A stretch of 62,340 nt of DNA, the filler included, from Choristocarpus tenellus KU-1152 (lineage: Eukaryota; Protista; Phaeophyceae), in assembly GCA_964200185.2 (NCBI GenBank). It is 14 parts of 14 records of this genome, joined end to end, with 100 filler letters (N's around TTAATTAATTAA, not from the genome) between each part and the next. Parts side by side here need not be neighbours in the genome. Positions count along the whole stretch, not along the records: positions 35,519 to 38,393 come from CAXNAD020024004.1; positions 38,494 to 42,587 come from CAXNAD020016256.1; positions 42,688 to 45,207 come from CAXNAD020027119.1; positions 45,308 to 49,149 come from CAXNAD020017616.1; positions 49,250 to 51,754 come from CAXNAD020027247.1; 9 more parts are not named here. One strand, 5' to 3'. Both the position numbers and the translations under genes were made by a program. Under the pieces are notes generated by a model that saw nothing but the letters and a program-made list of their open reading frames with translations, did not search any database and had not been told where the DNA came from. Positions 37,927-49,689 of this stretch are shown piece by piece. Positions within the stretch are counted from its first letter, which is position 1, and every line of letters begins with the position of its first letter.

Positions 37927-38173
37927 GAGTTGTTAGTGTTGTTGGTAGAGATGTGAATATGTTGAACTACCCAGTGGAAGTGCTTGGTAGTAGTGGTTAT
38001 CTCTGAGAGAGGAAATGTACCCAGAAGTATGGTGGAAGTAAAGTGTTTATTGTGTTGTCATCTGAAAGGGGGGTTGGTTACCTTATCAAAGCAAGCAACA
38101 AGATGCATGGACCACATCCGTACATGCTCTACTGGAGAATCTGAGGATCTCATGGGGAACACATGGGTGGTTT

Positions 38174-38316
38174 GGCTCAAAGTCTCTGGGGGAGGTGGCA
38201 ACTGTCCATATAGGGTCCATTTTTCCATGACACGATTTTGGGGTGATTTGGATTGCATGTGTCGGATGGATAATGTAAGAGCACTTTTCCTGGTCACAAC
38301 CCAAATGGACACCCTT
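38174..38316 (-). mobile_element. MITE family B copy (diverged)
   Basis: GGCTCAAAGTCTCTGGGGG...GTGATTTGGATTGCAT...GCACTTTTCCTGGTCACAACCCAAATGGACACCCT. Confidence 0.75.
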
Positions 38317-38856
38317 GAGTAGACGAGTCGAGCCGGCCGTGCACTCACACCGAGAGCAAGGATACAGCTAACACATATTCTCGCACGGTTCCCNNNNNNN
38401 NNNNNNNNNNNNNNNNNNNNNNNNNNNNNNNNNNNNNTTAATTAATTAANNNNNNNNNNNNNNNNNNNNNNNNNNNNNNNNNNNNNNNNNNNNAGAATAA
38501 AAACTTAGAATACCAATCATAAAAGCAATCCATTCACAGACACAATTAAAAAACAAAACTTCCGGTTGTATTTTTTATAACTAGAAATCGAACAAGAACT
38601 CAATATGGTCTCGGTCCTCTTTGTTCTTCACTAGTAGCATAACCTCATTCACCCAAAACACAACACAACACAACACAACACACAACACAACACAACACCC
38701 GGGTCCTCTCACCCACACCTAAGATATGATCACCAAAAGACCTCACTTTCTCCCTCAAAATGTACCAGTACCATACATGGTAAACAATCCGCACTCAAGT
38801 CACTCACAGCAATAACTACAGGCATGCCACCTCATCGATCCATCTGTGTAACACAC

Positions 38857-41800
38857 CTGTCCCACACATCATCGACGACCAGAAGACAGGTCAGGGCCCG
38901 CGTTGCCAGGTGAGCAGCAATGAAAGCCGACACCTCCCCCTCCCTAGGCCCGCGTACTCCCCATGGAAGCTCCACCTCAACCTTCGTTCCCCAACAAGAA
39001 AGACCATGTGGACACAGTAAGGATCTCTCATTATCACAGACAATAAATATTTTTTAAAGTATACCAATATGCACTACAGACAGCATCCATCTTAGCAACC
39101 ACCAGACCTACAGCAACACCCTGCTCCTCTTTCCCCCAATCCAATTCTCCACTGCCTGAGCTCCTGCCCAAGCTACCGCCGCCCCCACCTCATCATCCTG
39201 CTTGCCACGAGTGGCATTAAAGCTGCCCATCCGACCACGGGTCCCCTCGCTAGATCCAGAAGACAGCACCAGCTGCACTGCCAGATACTCCAGCAACCAT
39301 GGGAGACGCTCTGCTGCATCCTTGCCCGCAGGAAGCCAGAACACACCATCCCTTCTCAAAAGGGACAAGATAGCCAAGAATAGGTACAACAGTCAAAGTA
39401 GTGATGCAGTCTTGAAGGTAGAGGTTTAGTGGTTGGTGATACAAAGACGGAGAATGAAAAAAAAGAGGGGGGGAGCGGGGGGGGGGGGGGGGGGGGGGAA
39501 GATTCATAGGAAGCTCAAGCTATTTATAAATGACACTGACTGAACAGCAAAAAAAAGTATTTCATGTGCTGCATATGCCATGGATACTATTGTGGTAGTC
39601 TATCAGACCTGGTTGTACCCTGACATTCTTTGTAAGCAGTATCCATTGAAGAATCAGCATATTGTTCTGTTTCTAGCACACATATATATCATCTTCATCA
39701 GCATGTGCCATGGTACACACGTGCACTTTCAGACAATAATAATGTCGACAAAATGTGAAGCAAACAACGCAATGCCAATGGGCACATCAAAGAACACAAC
39801 AAAAGACCTAACACTTTGTCTCATTCACAAAAAAAACATGATCTAAACCCACTACTTAAAAAACTGAACATGTACACACAACCCTAGAACTTGGAAACAA
39901 CCATCACCCGCCTGTGCAACCACAAACCTCACAACAAAAACACTGCCCAAGAACAGACTGACAGTATCTCAAATCTTACACAGAAACAAAAATCAGAGTT
40001 CCATCAAAGTGCCCTTACCCCAAAAATACAAAAAAAATACAAATTGTTAAGCTCTGTTTTTAACATATCCAAACACAAGAACAAAAAAACCCTACCACTC
40101 TCCTACACCTTCAAACACTCAACATAATTCAACACTCTTTCTACCCTTGGTGCACTTTTTAGACGGAGCTTTCTTAGTTTTTTGACCAGGACTCTCAATA
40201 GACATCTTTCCAATTAAATTATAGATTCTCCGTATCTAAGATTTACTAATCCAGCAATCAANNNNNNNNNNCTAAAAATCTTACAGCGTCTAATAATATT
40301 TTCTACTACAATGCGTTTTTTAGAAATCAGATGATTGTATGCAGAGCAATGCAGTAGACAATTACACAAACCCTAAAACATCACGAACATTACCTGAAGT
40401 GACGTCTAATGTCTGCTCTCCTGGCAACAGTCGACGAAAGAACCGTCTTACCGGACCCAGGGGCCCCAGTGATCACCATTGCCGGCTCCCATGGACTCAC
40501 CCTGCAAAAATCACACACAGGCAACAACAGTAACGCAATGAAAGGAAGGAGGGAGTAAAATAAACTGGGTCAGTGATGGATTGAAACAGCGTGACCTCCC
40601 AGGAACAATCCACCCACTGTCTTTTTTATTACGCCAGTAGTCCTCTCAGTTACCAGCATTCCATCCTGTTCCTATCCAGCACAAGAAACCTAAGCAACAG
40701 AATCCTCTCATCTCCACTCAGGCAGTCCCCTTCCCTACCTAGGGCCACCTTCTAAAGACACACACACACACACAACAAACCAGAAATGTACTAAACACCA
40801 AGAATCACATGCTATAGATATAGACGTAACATTACTACCTGCTAAGAAGCCCAGCGGCAACACGTTCTTGTAAGGCCAGGCGTGGAACAAGATAACCCTG
40901 AGGCAGCTCCTGGCAGAGGGTTGGGGGCAGAGCCACGTCACGCCGGGGAGCGGGCGGACCAGCCGCTGCCTTGAAAAAACCACGCCGCCCAGAGCCCGCC
41001 TCTGGACGCACGTAGAGCATGTCATGCGCTCGCCACAGGAGCGCCGACATGTCCTACGCCACACAACGCAAAAAAAAACGATCACGGGAAAATATGTACA
41101 CAGTACAAGATTTACTTAAGCATGCAATTATCGCACTCATGAAGCCTTAGAGACATGTTATCATACTTACAACAAAAAGGAGTAAGGGAAGGAAGAACAA
41201 AATACAAAAACGTCTCTCCGGGAAGGGGGGGCAGGTTATAGCGTAGGCTGCAGGAGGCTTTTGAAAGCACGTAATTATCCATCTAACACACATCATACAA
41301 CATCTCTCCTCTTGCACAACGCAGAGTCAATCCCAGTTCCTTCTCAGAAGGTAACACTTTTTTTTTAAATCAAAGTAGGGGTGAAGGTTCTCAACGGATC
41401 TTAACATGGTTATGGTTCAGCCGATATATACACAGCACAACTCCAAAAAACACCATCTTCTTAGAACACTCAGCAACCAAAGCCATACCATCCTACTAAC
41501 CCCCCCCCCCCCCCCCCCCACCCACACACAACACCCCCCAACACNNNNNNNNNNCCCCCCACATACAGTCATACACAACCTCTGGTTTCTCTGAGAAAAC
41601 CATTGTCCAGCGACACACAGCAGCCCTGCTAACAAACCCAGTGCCCTCACCCTACCCTCCACAAACACTTAACCTTCCAACCGAAGCCAAAGCACCAAAA
41701 CAACAAACAGCAGTCCCAATAAAACACACCTCAATGGGTACTGGCACAGGTGCCTGCCCAGGAACACCGGCAGGGCTCAGGAAGGGAGCCAAGAGCTCAC

Positions 41801-42587
41801 TCAGGGTACGCAGCTTCTCGTGGGCCCGGGCCGCCTTGTCTAGTGGGGCACCATCCACACACGCTGTGTATCGCAGCTGCAGCTCCCCTGCAGACTCATC
41901 CTCAAAAACTTCACCAACAAGGATCGCTGCCCTCGCTGCTGTGGCCATGCGCCTGCTAAGTTCCTGTTTGTCGAAGCAGGACGGTTACAGCGTATGGTAG
42001 GCTCAATGTGAGGAGGGCAGTTGGGGAAACAGACTATATCAGGGTCCTCTCCGTCCAAGCACCATGCTTCTCCCCCTGTTCAGCGTCAGCTCAAACAGTT
42101 TGCTGCGGGGTACGATAGGCTATGAACACACAAGATGGAGTTTATCAGATTTTCATGTCTTTTTGTAGGGGCCTCGAATTACCCATCTTGACATCACTCC
42201 AAAATCTCAGCAAAATCCAACTAGGGCTACCTTCTCCTACACCACCCTCTGTAAAGTAGCAAGAAACGCCTTCCAACGTGATACTGTTTCTCTACCCTCC
42301 AAGCTATTCCAACTGATGCTCAACCAAAATAAATAAGAAAACACTTTTACATGCATGGTTGCTACGCTGTGCTCGGAAATTTATATACTACAGATACAGG
42401 GTTAAGAGCCCAAGTTAGGGCAAAAACGCTTTCAAAAACCGTACCACTATTTCCCCTTGGAAAACAAGGCAATCTGTTAAAAACATGTACTGAGTCAAAG
42501 AACAGGTACACCTCCAAATGTACCCCCCCACACACAGCACATACTTACCTTGAGCCGCTCCCCATCACGTTCCAGCAAACCCCGTAC
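38857..42587 (-). CDS. NB-ARC (APAF-1-like STAND P-loop NTPase) protein, partial at both ends. Exons 42587-42549, 41963-41730, 41053-40839, 40501-40394, 39351-~39189, 38981-38857
   Basis: Phase-consistent splicing yields LPQGYLVPR (pre-NB), Walker A MVITGAPGSGKTVLSSTVAR..IRRHF, RNBS-A-like DGVFWLPAG and Walker B CLLVVDDVWD. Confidence 0.9.
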
Positions 42588-43053
42588 NNNNNNNNNNNNN
42601 NNNNNNNNNNNNNNNNNNNNNNNNNNNNNNNTTAATTAATTAANNNNNNNNNNNNNNNNNNNNNNNNNNNNNNNNNNNNNNNNNNNNCCCCCCCCCTCCG
42701 TCCCCGTCCTTCTCTCCCCTCCCCCCCCCCCCCCCCCCCCCTCCTCTTTTTTTTTCCCCCCCTCCCCCCCCCCCCCCCCCCCCCCCCCCCAACACATTCC
42801 AAGCGCCAATCACTCCAAGTTTTCGTGACGGTTAAGTTTCCACTGATTTCAAATTGCTACCAACCAAACTAATTATATTTCAAAATACCTTGCTTTATAT
42901 ATTTATTTGAGGTCAGACACGAAAATAAGTACCAGTGTCTGGCACAGATGTCGTAACCCTAACCCTGATATATATATATTTCTTGTTGATTTCTCCAGGG
43001 TTATCATAGACGGAATCTGTCAAGCAGATCACACAATCAGCCCAATGATATCG

Positions 43054-43337
43054 GAGAGTGTCTTCGAGGGTACGAGCTTTGCCCCCCCGTTTGTCAATTT
43101 GGGGCTTGGCTTCCAACGCTTTTTTTTTTTTTTCTAAGAATTTTTTTTACCTACCCCGAAATTGTTTAGGGTTTTTAGGGTAAAATGTGTATGTCATGGA
43201 AAGGAGGTGTGTGCCAGAACGAGGATACTGACGCTTCCTAACAAACACGATATCCAAAATTACGTCAAAATCGCAACATTGGATTCTGGCGCCCAAATGG
43301 ATGCAGCTCTACCCTAACCCTAAGATACTTTTGGCTC
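43054..43337 (-). mobile_element. MITE family A copy (inverted) with a telomeric insertion in one TIR
   Basis: Internal sequence matches family A. It ends CTACCCTAACCCTAAGATACTTTTGGCTC. Confidence 0.85.
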
Positions 43338-43503
43338 ATCGGTAGTATCAAATCAAGGGTCAGGGTTAGGGTCATGGCCATGGTCAGCCTGTATTGACAT
43401 TTCCTGAAGTTAGAAGGGGTCAAGATACACACAACAAAAAGGGTTAGGGTTAGACTAACTCTATCAACAGGTAGAGATGGCAAAACAGGAGAAGAGAGGG
43501 AGA

Positions 43504-43542
<39 letters not shown>

Positions 43543-43591
43543 ACAGGCATTTTTTCATCCAGAAAAAAAAAATAAAAATAAAGTGTCTCAC

Positions 43592-44352
43592 CTTGATGTA
43601 AGGGTCGAGCATGAACACAATGTTGTTGGAGTTACCCGGGTAGGGCGAGAGGCCAGTTGCAGCATCATTTACATCCCCCTCAGGAGAGACGGTGGCCCTC
43701 AAGAGGGGATCCAGCTGGTTGTACTCAACGTTGATGATCAGGGACGACCTAAATAAAGGTACAGCAACAAATAGAAGGTATAGTGACAAGGATGGTCTAA
43801 ATAAGGTACAGTGATAACTTAAAGGTACTTTGACAAGGACAACCTAAATGAAGGTACAATGACAAATAGAAGGTACTTTGACAAGGACAACCTAAATGAA
43901 GGTACAATGACATATAGAAGGTACTGTGTCAAGGACGACCTAAATAAAGGTACGATGACAAATAGAAGGTACCACGTCAAGAACAACCTAAATAGAGGCA
44001 CAACAACAAATAAAAGGTACAGTGACAAGCGTGAGATCAATGGGAGGAGGTAGAGGGAGGTACAGATAGAAAGGGGAAGGCAGAGAGACAGGTCAACAGC
44101 GATGGGGGAGGGGAGGGCAGGGGCAGAGGGGGAAAAGAGAGGAAGGGAAAAAATACATATACGCACGCATACATACTCATCCACATGTACCCGCCATTTG
44201 AAGGGGGCACACATCTCCACCCACCCATCTTCCCGGGTAAGCCTGGTGATGGCACCAGCGGCTTCCTTGGCCTTCCTTGGGATGCATATGGAGTTCATGT
44301 GGTACCCTCTAGTGGAACTAACACCCAGGGCAGGTAGGAGTGAGTTCAACAC
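43592..44352 (-). CDS. USP: UDP-sugar pyrophosphorylase, two internal exons (44352-44225, 43748-43592)
   Basis: The spliced sequence [56 protein letters not shown]....GDVND...[10 protein letters not shown] matches the plant/protist USP signature ([30 protein letters not shown]). Confidence 0.92.
43742..44028. repeat. Minisatellite, 6 x 48 bp (one unit 47 bp), spanning the USP intron/exon junction
   Basis: Unit approximately GGACRACCTAAATRAAGGTACARTGACAAATAGAAGGTACWKTGACAA. Confidence 0.92.
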
Positions 44353-45307
44353 CTGAGGAAGCGGAGGCGGAAAGGAGTAGCGTCTGTACAAAGGTGACAG
44401 TTCACCGACCGTTGTTTTGCGTGTGTGTCTTACAAATGGAGCATCTCTTTCGTCGACTGCATAACCCTAACCCTAACCTGAAGCACATACACGATGAATG
44501 CACCACCGTGGAATAATAGAAAATCGTGACGGAAGAAGATGGCAGCAGCAGGCCAACGCGATTCAGGCGGGGGGGGGGGGTAAGGGGAGAGGTCGGACAC
44601 AGAGACTGAATAATATAATAATAGTAATAATAATAATAATAATAAAGAGAACAAATGAAAATAATGCTAAGACTTCCGCAAGAACATGGTAATAATAATA
44701 AAAAAAGATTCATGACATCAAAGACCCGCTCCCCCCCCCCCCCCCCCCCCCCCCCCCTCAACCATCCACCACAGAAAAAAAAGAATCCGGCAAAGCTGAC
44801 GCTGTTTGGTATATATCATTCTTTTTAAGTAACTGCAACGTACACAAAAGAACACTAAAATCAGAATTCTACAGCTTGTGCAGCACTCTACAACTCCCTA
44901 CAAAGGACGATTGCAATTGCATTCAAACTCCTGCGTACAAAGTACTGATTAGATACTTAGTAGTACAATACAGGTATGTATATATTTATATATATATTTA
45001 TTTAAACTCTCAACAACAACAAAAATGGTCCTAAAACAGTCTCCTCCTTTGACACCTAGGTCTTCAAAAACACCTTCCACACCAAATAACAAAAAAAATA
45101 AAAAATAATATTCAAATAAATTATTCGATTATGTCCGTATCACTCGCACGTTTAACCCGAAAAAAAAAAATCCCCCCCCCCAACCCCACCAAAAAAAAAA
45201 AAAAAAANNNNNNNNNNNNNNNNNNNNNNNNNNNNNNNNNNNNNNNNNNNNTTAATTAATTAANNNNNNNNNNNNNNNNNNNNNNNNNNNNNNNNNNNNN
45301 NNNNNNN

Positions 45308-48300
45308 GAGGGCACGGAACGAGGAGGAAGGGGGGGGGGGGTGGAGGAGGGGGCTGGGGGGGGGGCAGGGGGAGCAGAGCAGGGTGGAGGGGGCATGTCA
45401 CAAGCGCGGCTAACGTATCTGAAGAAGTGGGTTCGTACAAAGCACGCAGTACTCTTCCGACTGAGTAATCGAACAGTACAGGTTAGTGTTAGGGTTAGGG
45501 GGTGAAGCAGGAGGTGGAATGCAATTATCTTGGGTGGGAAGGAATTTGCTTTGAATGTCCAGGTCGTCTCTTTGGTGGCTGTCGAATGAAAGGTAGTGAA
45601 AAAGGTTCTATTTTTTGTTGTTGTAAGGGTGGTAGTGATGGTAGTGATGGTAATATTTAAATGACTGCTTCGATCTTTCAGTTACGGGGGATACAAACAA
45701 GACGGAACTTTAAAAAAGAAAAAGGAATAGAAAGTTTTAAACGAGAGTGTATTTTATTTTATTTTATGTTATTTGAATGGGATTTTGTGAGATACTGCTC
45801 TATAGCATGTTTGGATGACAAGAGCTTGTTGGTTATGTGTTGGAATGCTCTACTAAAAGTTTGTTGAACAATGACCATCCAAGAGAGCAACATCTTGATT
45901 AGGGTTAGGGTTAGGGTTAGGGTTGATCAGTAGGTGCAGGAGGAGGCAGAGCAAGGAGAGATATTTTTTTTTCTCTTTTTTTAATATATATTTTTTGTTG
46001 ACAGGAGACGATTTTTATTCTTTGCTGAATTTTTTTTTTTTAGGTTGTGTGGTGCTTCGATCCCCCTTGTCTATTTTTGTGTTACTCTTGTGAGCTCATC
46101 ATGTGTGAAAATATCAATAATAATAATAATAAAGATGAAATTATACAAACGGTAGAGTTTCTTTTTAATCACAAAAATTTAAATAAATAAAAATAAATAA
46201 AAAAAACTGTGAAGGACTTGGATTGAAAAAAAGAACTCAGTTGAATTGAACTGAATAAGATTGAGTCGTAGGCGAAGGTAGCCATCTGGTACATACGCCC
46301 CCCACAAGATATTTTTTTTAACTGAAATGCCTCCAAAGTCATGAGCAGTGAAACATGCAGGTGGTTGTGGGGGTAGTGATGTGATGTAACACCTGGTTGT
46401 GAATATGTGTTCTGTTTTTCTTCTGGGATCCCTGACAGGTTTAGTAATGACACTTGGCACTTCTGATTGCATTGTGGGGTAATAAAGAACATACATTGAA
46501 TAATGAGCTAAAACCTTTTATTGGTTTAGTTAGGGTTAGGGCTATTTTTAGTTAGTCGAACTGAAGCCGATTGAACTGTTGCGATTAGCAAGACTGTAAT
46601 TAATAGGTGTATTGGTAGTTAGTCAAACTGAAGCCGATTGAACTGTTGCGATTAGCAAGACTGTAATTAATAGGTATATTGGTAGTTAGTCAAACTGAAG
46701 CCGATTGAACTGTTGCGATTAGCAAGACTGTAATTAATTGGTGTATTGGTAGTTAGTCAAACTGAAGCCGATTGAACTGTTGCGATTTGCAAGACTGTAA
46801 TTAATAGGTATATTGGTAGTTGTAAAGTGTGGGGAGTGTTTGTAAGTGTTATCCCTTCCCTTCTACCTCTAACACTATACTACTATTAACATAGCATATT
46901 TTCATACGCCCTTCTTCCTGTCTCTATAGTTACTGGAAGAGGTGAGACGAAAAATGTGCATATTGTTTTTGTCAAAATTATTGTTTTATCTTTTATTTTG
47001 GAAAAGTGAAACAATCGTGCAGCTCGCCATCGTGCGTTTGGGGCGTGACCGCGGTGTAGTCAGCTACCAAGGTCGCGACAGTCAGGGATGTCAACAATAT
47101 TTGTGGGTATGTATGATGTGGTTATATGTAAAAAAAAACTGTTGAAAAAAGGAACAGTACTCTATCTCACATCTCAACGCCACAGAGGAGGCCCGTGTGT
47201 TGTGCAGTAGTGGTAAGTGCCCTTGAATTTAGCCTGTTGCATTGAGTCGATGGGGTGTGTTCACCTGTGTGTATTTATCTGCATGTTCATATATATATAA
47301 TATATATATGCATGTATGTACATATGTATGTATGTTGTGTTGAGGATTGTTTCGAAGATCGTGATATGTTTGTTATACATGGGAGACTCATGTAGTGTGA
47401 ACAGGTTTACAGATGGCGGAAGAAAGATCCCTTGAAAAAAAATAATAATAATTGTTGGGTTGTGAAAACGTTGGTGTTGGGTTTGAACGTCTTGAATCTT
47501 TGAAATGGCTCTTGATGTGCTGAATTGGGATGTACTCCTTTGCAATATAAATATTATATATTATTATATTTATATGTATATATTTGAAATACTTGTTGCA
47601 TTTTTTTTGTTTAAACTTCGAGTCTAACCCTAACCCTAAGATCCTTTTTTTTTCAGCTATATAATAAATATAGCACATCCCAAGTCTGATTTGAACACAC
47701 AAGTTATGAATGTGTAGGTGAAAATTGATGAATGCAGCACTTGTTGTGTTCTCTCAGGTGGTGTTCTCAGACATGACAGAGATGCTCCTATCGAAGGAGG
47801 CGTGCTTGGTGACGTATGTGAACAAGGAGGGTCATCGAGAATCACACTCACTGAAGAGAATGTTGGAGGAGGGAAGGTACACACACCTTTTTCTGTCTTG
47901 GGTTTGTTGTGCACCACCGGTGATGCCCTTAGTGTGTTGTTGCTTCTCCTGTACGACAACCTTTGACCAATGATTGGAAACTCCTCCTCAGACTGATGCA
48001 GACATAAATAATAATAATAATAATAATAATGGTATCTGCTCGAAAATGAGAAATGGAAAATATTTTTCTACAAATTTAAAGTTCGTTTTAATTATTCGCT
48101 GCAGGGTTAAGGGCTTTACTGTATTTTTATTTGTTCTATTGTACAATAAAAAAAAAAGTCTAGGATACAGTGCGTGATTCCATCGAGTTACGGAGAATCA
48201 AACCTGAAATTGAGGGGTTACTTTCTGTTGGTTCTTGCATCGAATGCATGGATGCTCTGCTTGTAGAGCCCTGTGGCGCCCTGCGGCGTGTGATCTGTCT

Positions 48301-49073
48301 TCTTGGTGGTTGTTGTAATTGGTAAAATAATAGAAATTTTTGTTGGATGATCTTTCGGCGGTCATGCCACTAAGGTTTATCACTAAGGTTTATTGCATGT
48401 TTAGCTTGATGAAGCGGACTGCATTGCTTTTGGCGAAGAAGAATGGAAAGTGTTAATGAAGTAATATGAAGTGGAAAAGTGTTCTTTGTGGTTTAGTTTT
48501 TGAAGGCAGGGAGGACTTGTTGGGTGTCTGGAAGGACACCATTTGCAGTGTGTGATCAATTGCAGTCATGAAATATGTAGTGCAGTAGTTGAGGGTATGG
48601 GATTGCTGGCGTAACTGTCAAAATGTTACGTAACCTTTTGCAGTGGATGTGTACTATATCTTCCATCTGTACCCTGAAAGTTTATTCTTGGATGACGGAA
48701 GGGTGTGACAGTATAGGGTACTTCAGGATGCTATGTTTTGTGGACAACCCCAGTGTACCTTCAGATGACAATAATTGTTCCTATTGTTGTACCGTACCTC
48801 AATGGTAACTAGAACAGAATTTCCAAGTCAGAAGTGATATCGCTGTACTGAGAGCAAGTATCTAGTTTCTTCTTTGTGAGGATGTTTTTATTGGTATTGA
48901 GATATGTGCTACAAATGATGGTTGTATCTGCATGCACAGTGCGTTCCCCACTCACTCACCTGAGGTATACCCCCTTTTTGTCTGTTTTTTTCCCCAGAAC
49001 GGACATTACCAAACGCCTTCGTTATACCAAGGAAATGATGGCACAGCTCCTGGCACAAACCAAACGTTCTTGA
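45308..49073 (+). CDS. PLK1: Polo-like kinase, C-terminal polo-box exons (<45308-45481, 47758-47876, 48998-49073)
   Basis: RLTYLKKWVRTKHAVLFRLSNRTVQ-VVFSDMTEMLLSKEACLVTYVNKEGHRESHSL...GR-TDITKRLRYTKEMMAQLL* is polo-box 2 plus the terminal helix. Splice phases are consistent. Confidence 0.9.
45899..45924 (+). repeat. Interstitial telomeric repeat (TTAGGG)4
   Basis: Read directly, inside a PLK intron. Confidence 0.95.
46550..46821. repeat. Minisatellite, 4 x 67 bp, near-identical, in a PLK intron
   Basis: Unit AGTTAGTCAAACTGAAGCCGATTGAACTGTTGCGATTAGCAAGACTGTAATTAATAGGTRTATTGGT starts at 46550, 46617, 46684 and 46751. Confidence 0.97.
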
Positions 49074-49689
49074 GAGCACTGGCACAGACTGTTCTTTGGG
49101 GGGGGGGGGGGGGGGGGGGGGGGAAAAGAAAAGAAAAACCTTGAGAATTNNNNNNNNNNNNNNNNNNNNNNNNNNNNNNNNNNNNNNNNNNNNTTAATTA
49201 ATTAANNNNNNNNNNNNNNNNNNNNNNNNNNNNNNNNNNNNNNNNNNNNGGGGGGGGGTGTGGTGTTGCAGCGCACTGGTTGGATAGGAGTCTGTCTTGT
49301 AGTAGGGACAACAAGGATATCATCATCTGAAACCTGTCATTTCAAGAGTTGTAGAGAACTGAGCAGGCGGTATATCGGTAACAGTCCAAGTGGTGGAAGG
49401 CGTTGCACTGTTCACCTTCATGCATGTTTCTAGGGTGCTGACGGGTGGGATGAACCCTTCACCCTGGGAAACAAAATATGTCACTGCTGTACTGAAACAG
49501 GGTCCTGGGAGTGGGATGGGGATATTGGATACAAGACCATGGAAACATTTTCAAGGTGCTTCTTAAGCAAGACGAGGTAGCTCTAAACAGTTATCCACAG
49601 GACTGCGATTACCCTTACCCTAACCCTAACAACTTCTACTATCAATACCCTCACCTCTCGGCCTGCCTACTTGGGGACAGTTGACCCAC

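Noticed and set aside
46550-46821. CRISPR-like array
   Set aside because: Head-to-tail repeats with no unique spacers and no cas genes, in a eukaryotic intron. The same applies to 43742-44028.
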